Below are positions 40,101-50,100 of a stretch of 64,000 nucleotides of DNA, one piece after another (within the stretch, counting starts at the first letter, position 1; every line of letters begins with the position of its first letter). This DNA is from Octopus vulgaris (taxonomy: Eukaryota). The notes under the pieces were generated by a model. The model was not told the DNA's origin and made no database searches. It worked only from the letters and a program-made list of their open reading frames with translations. A program made the position numbers and the translations under genes. The stretch covers positions 49,662,001 through 49,726,000 of the forward strand of contig OX597827.1 of assembly GCA_951406725.2 (NCBI GenBank), in the 5' to 3' direction.

Positions 40101-42931
40101 CAAATATCTTAATCACAGCACTTTATCTATACATGTATATGGCTATGCCAGTATGAAAGTTTGAGTGTGTCAACTTATTTTTTAATGATTATATTAAATA
40201 GAATTATATTTCGTTTTTGGATTTGGTTTGCAAGATTCTTTGTGTGAGTTCATGTGTTGAAGCATATTCTGTTGTGTCTGGGGAAAGTCATTTTCTTTTT
40301 GTGCCTTATAATATAACACACTCACCGGTAAAATTTCCACGTTTTTCTTATTTTTATTTTCCTAAAATTTTCGTGGAGTCTTGCAACCTTTTCAATAGTT
40401 TTTCAACCTTTTCAAGAGTCAAAACTATTGAAAAGGTTGCAAGACGCAACGAAAATTTTAGGAAAATAAAAATAAGAAATAAGTGGAAATTTTACCAGTG
40501 ACTCTCCCCAGACACAACAGAATTAAATAGAATATTTATTCTATTAAACTGCCAAGATTTCAGAGTGTTTTCTTTAATTAATTAGTTTGTGCCTCTAATT
40601 CTCACTGTTTCTTGCTAATACATATTTCTGACATACACAGAAGATCAAAATTTCAATGTGGGTTAGGACATATATTCAGTCAATTTAATTAACCCCAGTG
40701 CCTCACTGGTACTGAAATACAAATTTATCAACTTCAAATAATTTGAAAGATAAAAGTCAACCTTGACATGACTTCAGTTAAAAATGTAAAAGGACATTTC
40801 TAAATATAGCACATTAATCAACTATTTACTGATTCTGTAATTCCATAATTCAATGGGTTTTTATTGTATATTTCTAACAATCAGTCTGTATTGCATTGTA
40901 TTGTAACTATTGTACATTGTAAAGTATAGGTAACTGCACTACATCCTGAAATGTTACCCTTTGTATTTCAGTATTATGGAAATGCTATTGTCCTTTAATG
41001 CTTCGGTCAATGGAAAAGATGAGTCAGGGAAAACAGCGTGAGTATTTAGAGCATCTTGTTTTATTTATTCAACAATGATATCAGAGAGACCAATGATTAG
41101 AAAAATTCTGATTCAAGGACCCCATATAACTCCTCATAACTTTTTTATTTTTTGAAATTTTCAGAAAATGTTTGCACATGGTTCCGGGTTCAGTCCCACT
41201 GCGTGGCACCTTGGGCAAGTATCTTCTACTATAGCCTCGAGCCGACCAAAGCCCTGTGAGTGGATTTGGTAGACGGAAACTGAAAGAAGCCCGTTGTATA
41301 TATGTATGTGTGTGTATATGTTTGTGTGTCTGTGTTTGTCCCCCGACATTGCTTGACAACTGATGCTAGTGTGTTTGCGTCCCCGTAACTTAGCAGTTTG
41401 GCAAAACAGGCCGATAGAATAAGTACTAAGCTTACAAAGAATACGTTCTGGGGTCAATTTGCTCGACTAAGAGCGGTGCTCCAGCATGGCCAGTCATATG
41501 ACTGAAATAAGTAAAAGAGTAAAGAGTAAATGTGTGTTCAACACATGGGAATTCATATAATTATGCAAAAAACAATTTTTTAATTTTTATTTTTATTTGA
41601 AAATTCCCCAAAATAAAAAAGTGAAGGATTACATGGCATGCTTAAACCAGAATTTCACCCAGTGATTTGATCACATTTTAGTTATCTACTTTCCATTCTG
41701 GCTTGAGTTGGACTCGCCATCATAATCGGTCAGTTCTTATGAAGTTACTGCCCTCCTAGGTGTGGTTAAAGGACCATGTCTCACTTGTATATTTTCCTTT
41801 GGCATAGTTTCAATGGTTGGCTGTCCTTTCTAATACCAACCACTTTACAGAGGGACTGGTTGCATTTTATTGTGATAGGTTGCTATAGCCTCAGCAAGAC
41901 AAGAACTAAATTTTACGATTATATTTGATTTTAATATTGATAACAGAGATTTTTTTTTTAATTAGAATTTTGTTTTTAAATTGAAATTGAATTTCAGTTT
42001 TTATCAAAATTCAGATAAAAGTGTAACTTTGTCCCTCACCAACAATATTCTCCTGTTGTCTCTGTTTTGGGAAACATGTTAGTTTAATTAATTCAGTTTT
42101 TCATAGGTGGTGAGCTGGCAGACACGTTAGCGCACTGGGCGAAATGCTTAGCGGTATTTCGTCTGTCGTTACGTTCTGAGTTCAAATTCTGTCAAGGTCG
42201 ACTTTGCCTTTCATCCTTTCGGGGTTGATAAATAAAGTACCAGCTTCGCACTGGGGTCGATGTAATCGACTTAATCCGTTTGTCTGTCTTTGATTGTCCC
42301 CTCTATGTTTAGCCCCTTGTGGGCAATAAAGAAATATAATTCAGTTTTTCATACAAAGTAAAAAAATAAAGAAGGAAATTGACAAAAACAATATGTAAAA
42401 TAACATATTTCTTTCTATTTTTTATGGGTTTACTTCAGTTTAATGCATGCCTGCATACATGGTCAATTACCAGCTGTGAAGATGCTGCTCAATAATGGTG
42501 CGCTCTATAATGATTTTGATTTGGGTGGTTCTAGTCCATTGCATTATGCTGTTGACAGCTGCAAGTGTGAGCTCATTGAATGGATGATCAAGGATGGAGC
42601 AGATGTGAACATTCAAGACAGAAATGCTGGTTGGACTCCATTGATACGGTGTGGTGAGTTACATTTTTTAAAAAACTGATTGGAAAGCACATTTATTGTG
42701 TGTGTGTGTGTGTGTGTGTGTGTGCTTGTTTTCATAACTGCAAGGTTTAAGACATGTGCATAACATGTATGTATAAAATACTACAATTAGCTGCCGTCAT
42801 TTTTGATAGCAGGGTGCCAGCGAGTAAAAAATGAAAACCGTATATGGATTCTATTTAATTTTAAAAATAAAATGTATTTCAACTCTGACTTTGTAAACAT
42901 TCAACGTGTATATATATTTTTTGGGACACCC

Positions 42932-42980
<49 letters not shown>

Positions 42981-43798
42981 TCACAATTAGGGTGAAAAAA
43001 ATTGAATATTAATTAATAACATCAATTTAAAACACCAAGTGGCCTAGCGTATAAAAAGACTGGGATACAGTAAAAATTATTAATACAAGTAATAAGAGAG
43101 AGACCACATGTGGTCACTCTAACGCTAGATATAGATCCGCAAAGGGAATCCACCACTAAAGAATTGTTCTCAAGAATTAATTCAACACGCCAAGAATGTA
43201 AGCGAGCAGGACAAATAAAAAATAACGAAAAAATAGGTTAACTCTATACAATTGTTTCATCGTTAATAGATTGTGTAATTTTACTTACATAATCATTTTC
43301 GAATCTTCAGTAGAGTATATCAAAAAAATATAATTTGCTGAACCGAACGCCAAAATCCACACGAAGCCGAACAAAGGCGAACGGCACAGCCGATTATACT
43401 TGCAGTTACGTTCAGATATCCTTATTCTGGCGTGTTAGAAACCCGGATGTAAATACTACCCCAATAATTTACTGCCGGTTTGAGAACATATTAATTTATA
43501 ATTAAAATCACAATAAGGGTAAAAAAAATTGAATATTAATTAATAACATCAATTAATAACATTTTTGATATACTCTACTGAAGATTCGAAAATGATTATG
43601 TAAGTAAAATTACACAATCTATTAACGATGAAACAATTGTATAGAGTTAATCTATTTTTTCGTTATTTTTCATTTGTCCTGCTCGCTTACATTCTTGGCG
43701 TGTTGAATTAATTCTTGAGAACAATTCTTTAGTGGTGGATTCCCTTTGCGGATCTATATCTAGTGTTAGAGTGACCACATGTGGTCTCTCTCTTATTA

Positions 43799-43841
<43 letters not shown>

Positions 43842-44044
43842 TCAAAATGTGACCACATGTGTACCGTTGGCGATTTTTTTCTTCTTCTGTCCTCCCTTCT
43901 CTGGATCTTTCCTTCTCCTATGTCTCTGACGAAGAGCTCCGCTCGAAACGTTAAACCCTCCTTCTTTCCTGAGCATCCAATAATACTATATTTGTTCCAC
44001 GTCCTTGCGTTGTTGTGTTTTTTTGTGCTTTCATGTTTGGATTA

Positions 44045-44106
<62 letters not shown>

Positions 44107-47100
44107 TATATATTGATGTGAGGTATGCTTTTACTGTATATATTTTTCAGCTTCCCTTTCTGGTAAGAAATTAGTTGCTCTTACATTGCTCCATAATGGA
44201 GCCAATACTGATCTGAAGGACAACAATGGGAAGACCTGTTTAATGGTTGCTGTTATCAATGGACATCAACAATTAGTGGAAGTCCTTCTGGAGAACAATG
44301 CTGATATCACAATATTAAATACGGTTAGTGGATTGCCACCCCTTTGATTTTCATCATTGATCATTTCCCTCCTTTCATCATAGATTGTTACCATTATTAT
44401 TGCCATTTAGCCTCAAGTTAGCCCTGATAGTACATACCTTATTCTAAAAGATATCCTTGCTGTTACCAGCCTATTTTTTGGTATTTCAGAGACCTCATTG
44501 CTCAATATATCCTTATTATTTACAATTTTAGCATGTGATTGTATGGAGACTTGACTGTACTGATACTCCATATTTGGCTTAAAGTACAACTCAAGTACTT
44601 GGATTGGTGGGATTAACTTCTACTGTTACAATAATGGCTACTACTACTCAGAGCTGAATTTATGCCAATTGCACTCAACAAGTTCTGTCCCATTCACCTC
44701 TCCTACTCTCTTCGTCCTTATTGTGTTCCTACCCCAGCCATGCACTACGCCATGACCAGTCCTTCTTTCTTAAAACATTGTTCCTCTGGAATTCCCTCTC
44801 TGCTCATGTCTTTCCTGCATAAAGATTCAAGAGGAATGGCTGTAATAATTTTCTACCCCACCTGCAAATTACTAGCCTTGTGTCCAAATTAGAAACAATT
44901 ATTATTGTCGGCATAGTAGGTAAGAAACAAGAGAGCTATAAATGAAATATTTCGCTTTTGGATTTGGTTTGCAAGATTCTTTATATGAGTTTGTGTGTTG
45001 AAGCATATTCTATTGTGTCTGGGGAGAGTCATTTTCTTTTTGTGCCTTATTATGTAACACATTCACCGGTAAAATTACCACTGTTTTCTTATTTTTATTT
45101 TCCTAAAATTTTCGTTGCGTCTTGCAACCTTTTCAATAGTCAAAACTATTGAAAATGTTGCAAGACACAGCGAAAATTTTAGGACAATAAAAATAAGCAA
45201 AAAGTAATTTTACCGGTGAGTGTGTTACATAATAAGGCACAAAAAGAAAATGACTCTCCCCAGACACAATCTAAATGAAATATTCACACTGCTACATTTA
45301 GTTATGTTCTATTGTTTTACATCAGTTTTCCCACCTGTAATTCCATGAGTACTTATGATTCATGTTGAAACGATTGATTTCCACAGTTGGAAGCCCTTCC
45401 TATTTACCATTTAAAGTGATATCTGTTTTGTATCCAGTCAGCAAAAATGAATCAAGGAGTATTATATGCCTTACTTGAGTAAGGCACATAACACTCACTC
45501 TGTGGCCCTACTAGTACACCACTTCCTCTTTTTGCTTCTAATAATAATAATAATAATAATGGCTACTACTACTCAGAGCTGAATTTATGCCAATTGCACT
45601 CAGCAATTTCTGTTCCATTCACCTCTCCTACTCTCTTCATCCCAAGGAATTACAACCGTGTTTTGTGGTCTGCTACCACAACAGCTCCTTTATAGGATCC
45701 AGTTAGTTCAAGATAACATCAGGAGAAACCACGTCCGGTTTCGGCCCCTACTCCTCTACCATTTTGACGTGGCGCCCCCCGCTTCGGAGGTGTCTTCAGC
45801 TCTGGTGTTGGGTGCATATCTTCTTTCTTCTTCTTTCTTCTGTTCCCTGGCTACTTCAATGTGTCATCAGCGAGTGTCAGCCGGTGACTGACTGACTTGT
45901 CAAATTTTTCCCCTTAAATACCTGCCACTAGGCTCCAGCAGGCAGCCCCAGCTAGTTGTCACGTGTTCCTACCCCGGCCATGCACTACGCCATGACCAGT
46001 CCTTCCTTCTTAAAATATTGTTCCTCTGGAATTCCCTCCCTGCTCATGTCTTTCCTGCATAAAGATTCAAGAGGAATGGCTGTAATAATTTTCATTTGAA
46101 CTCATGATCCTCAGGTTCAGCCTACGCTAATATACTCTTTTACTTGTTTCAGTCACTTCGCTGTGGCCATGCTGGAGCACTGCCTTTAGTCGAGCAAATC
46201 AACCCCAAGACTTATTCTTTGTAAGCCTAGTACTTACTCTATCGGTCTTTTTTGCCGAACCACTAAGTTACGGGCACGTAAACACACCAGCATCGGTTGT
46301 CAAGCGATGTTGGGGGTGGGGAGACAAACACAGACACACAAACATACACACACACACACACATATATATATACATATATATACATATATACGATGGGCTT
46401 CTTTCAGTTTCCGTTTACCAAATCCACTCACAAGGCTTTGGTCGGCCCGAGGCTATAGTAGAAGACACTTGCCCAAGGTACCACGCTGTGGGATTGAACC
46501 CGGAACCATGTGGTTGGTAAGCTAGCTACTTACCACGCAGCCACTCCTACGCCTATAGTAATCTATAATATTATTTTGTCTTCCTGCATTCTTGTTTGTT
46601 TCATCTGTATTATGCTTACACCAAGGGAGGTAATAACTTGAATGGAGAACTATAGCGAGAGAGAGAGAGAGAAGTGGAAGGGAGACAACAAAATGGAATA
46701 GTGGAATTAGTGGAAAAGATAGACAAGGAAAACATGAAATAGAGAGAGAGAGGTGGGGAGAAGGTCTATATTATTCTACATTTATGTTAAAATTGCAAGC
46801 ACAATTGAAATGCTTAACATAATGAAACAGTGTCATGACCCATAAATTTATGCTTTAAAAGATATATCAATAGATAGTTAAGTTAAAGGGAAATAACCTT
46901 AGTTAGCAAATAGTTGTGGAAATGGACACTTTTATTTTTAACGTGTTCCAGACCAAAACCTGTGACCGTGTTGGGGCAATGGTGTTATCCTTTTCTTTTT
47001 TTTCTGTTAGGTTTAAATGTTTATTGATATCTATATATATAAAACTGTAGTTGTGTGAGTGTCTGTCTCCTACGATTTAGATTCCTAACTCCTCCCACAT

Positions 47101-50100
47101 TTTGCGGTGCAGTTTAACCAAATTCGGGTATCTTATAGTCGTGATTAATATCGAGCCCGTCTGGCTATTAGCGCGCGTCTACGATGAGTCTACGATTTTA
47201 AAAATAATTTAACATCATTTTTTATTCCATTTTAATGCATAATTTTTCGTGTGTCGATGGCGGCGGAGTTGGCGTCCACGCTCAAACACCTGCACCTGTG
47301 TTTGCTTCTCCCCCTTCTTCCCTCCCTCGTGAAGCTGTGGGGAAGGGAGTTTAAGGAAATCAACGTCGTAATGCGTTGTCAAGGAGACCAGCGTTCTTTT
47401 AGAACAACGACTTCATGGCTTGAAGACACCAAAACAGAAATGGCTAAGAAAGCCCGAATTGGCATCTATAAAGGAAGTAACTCTCTAAAAATGCTTATAT
47501 AGTTATTTCCCTTACAAACCCGAGCAACGCCGGGCGATACTGCTAGTTTAAAAATAAACAGATACACATACCAGCAGAAGGGAAAGTAGATATGATAGTT
47601 ACTTAGACAGACAAACTGACAGCCAGGTAGGTAGACTATCTTACCGATATATCCAAAGAATTTTATTAATCTCATGCCTATGCATGCCTTTCATATTTCA
47701 TTCAATTCATGCAGTTTATAAAGAATTTTCTGTGATCATATAAATGCCATTCATATTACATTCAGTTCATCCTAATACTTGACCAGTTCATTATATTAAC
47801 AATCCCGAAAGGATGAAAAGCAAAGTTACCCTTAGTGGTATTTGAACATGGAATGAAAAAAAACATAACTAAATACCACTAGTCATTTCATCTGGTGCTC
47901 TGCCACTCACTGTTTCACTGAAAACCAATATTGGTTAAAACCAGTAAAAGAACTAATTATTATTGGGATCTTTTCAGTTTGAACGGCAGTTTTTAACATA
48001 ATTTCTAGATAACTAAAAAATTTTAAGCTTCGTATACTGGTAGAATGTGTTTATAAAACATCTTTTTCTCTTGGCTTTATTGAGAAAATTCTATAGTTTG
48101 TAAGATATTTGTTGTTTATTTCCTTCAATTTCTGCAATTTCAACCAATCAGTGTTGTGTATTGAGGTAAAAAACATTCTGTGCTGTATGAATATGTTCCT
48201 CGTTTAAGAAACAGATTGGATTTATTTACATTTGTGAAGAAAAAAGAAACCCTTCCTCTACCCCTAACCCTAACCCTAAAACAGATTGAAATGCAATAGA
48301 TCGATACTAGGGTCATAATTATGGGTGACAATTTCATATGACACCGCTAGAAAAAACTGCCATTCAAACCGAAAAGATCCTATTATTGTTGTTACTGTTT
48401 TAATTAAAGTTATGGAATGTAGAATTTTCAGTGTATCACACTTCAGGGATTTTGCTATAACTATTTACTTTCTGAGTTTAAATTACCTGAAGGTCAAGTT
48501 TACTTTTATCCTTCCAGAGATAATAAAGTACTTGTCAAATAGTGAGCTTGATTTAATTCATAAGTTCACCTTTTTAAAACTTACCTCTACAAGTTCTGTA
48601 AAGCAGATTATGAAATGGCAGAATAGTTAGACTATTGGAAAAAAGACCTTGTGGTATTTGTTCAGACACTTTACATTCTGAGATCAAATCTTGTCAAGGT
48701 TGACTTTGCCTTTCAATAAAATAAATACCAGTCAGGTACTGGGAATCAACAAAACCAACTGTTTCCTTTCCTACAAATTTTTAGCTTTGTGTCAATGTAA
48801 GAAAACATTTTTATTGAAAATAACTGAGGGAAAGGGTATGGGAAAAGAAATGAATCAACAGATTGCCTAACTAAATGTCTTGAGCTTTCTTAATCACCCT
48901 ACGACCCTTCAACTAAAAACCAAATATAAACTTGGACCCAAAAGGTCATGGTTCAATAAAGTAAATAACTAGGGTTGATTTAATTGATACATCATTCTAG
49001 TCCCAAATATAAACTTGGACCCCAAAGGTCAAAGTTCAATAAAGTAAATAACTAGGGTTGATTTAATGATACATTATTCTAGTCCAAATATAAACTTGGA
49101 CCCCAAAGGTCAAAGTTCAATAAAGTAAATAACTAGGGTTGATTTAATGATACATTATTCTAGTCCAAATATAAACTTGGACCCCAAAGGTCAAAGTTCA
49201 ATAAAGTAAATAACTAGGATTGATTTAATTGATACATCATTCTAGTCCAAATATAAACTTGGACCCCAAAGGTCAAAGTTCAATAAAGTAAAGAACTAGG
49301 TTTGATTTAATGATACATTATTCTAGTCCTATCTACTAAAGATGGTTTGATCACTTCAAAAGAAATCAATATTGTATATGAATAACCTTATACACTTGTT
49401 TTTGGAGTTTTATTTGTTTTCCTTTCAGAGTGGTCGTACAGCATATGAAATGGCCGTTTCTCTTGAAAAAAGGGTAAGTAAATTCATCGTTGAAGTTAAC
49501 TTTTAAAGATGGAATGGGTCATCTTCATGCTGTTTAGATCATCCCTGATTGCATAGCCTCCACAACACTTAGTTTAGAAAATATTTTTAACTTTTCATTT
49601 TTTTTTTCATTGTTTAGTCGTCATTCCAGCCATGACCCTTTTCTTTTGTGTAAGAGGAAATAAATCAATGTGTCCCTTCTTTTTTTTTAATGATAGGGTG
49701 TAATTTGATGGGCTTTGGTTATTATCCCTAGGAGGCTGAGTGACCAAGTAGAGGCTCCCAAAGTGTTGTTACTTTCATTGTTTTCTACCACTGAATATTT
49801 TATCCAATACCTTCCTTCCTTCTTGTGACACTTGTGAAGACCTGTGAAGACCTGTTGAGGCAAGTGCTGTTGAGGCAAGTGAAAATCAAATCAAATCAAA
49901 TCAAAATAGATGAACATCAATGGAATTTGTATCTTATGGTACCAGTGCCGGTGGCACACAAGAAAACCATCCGAACGTGGCCGTAGCCAGTACCGCATCG
50001 ACTGGCCTCCGTGCTGTGGGCACGCAACAAACACCATCCGATCGTGGCCGTTCGCCAGCCTCATCTGGCACCTGTGTCGGTGGCACATAAAAACACCATC

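Larger units (their letters stand above)
42974..43801. mobile_element. Penelope/retrozyme-like non-coding element with partial tandem repeat and inverted segment, between (TA)n tracts
   Basis: Direct repeat of about 54 bp at 42974 and 43501; inverted arms 43087-43326 and 43562-43801; a hammerhead motif in each arm. Confidence 0.6.
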
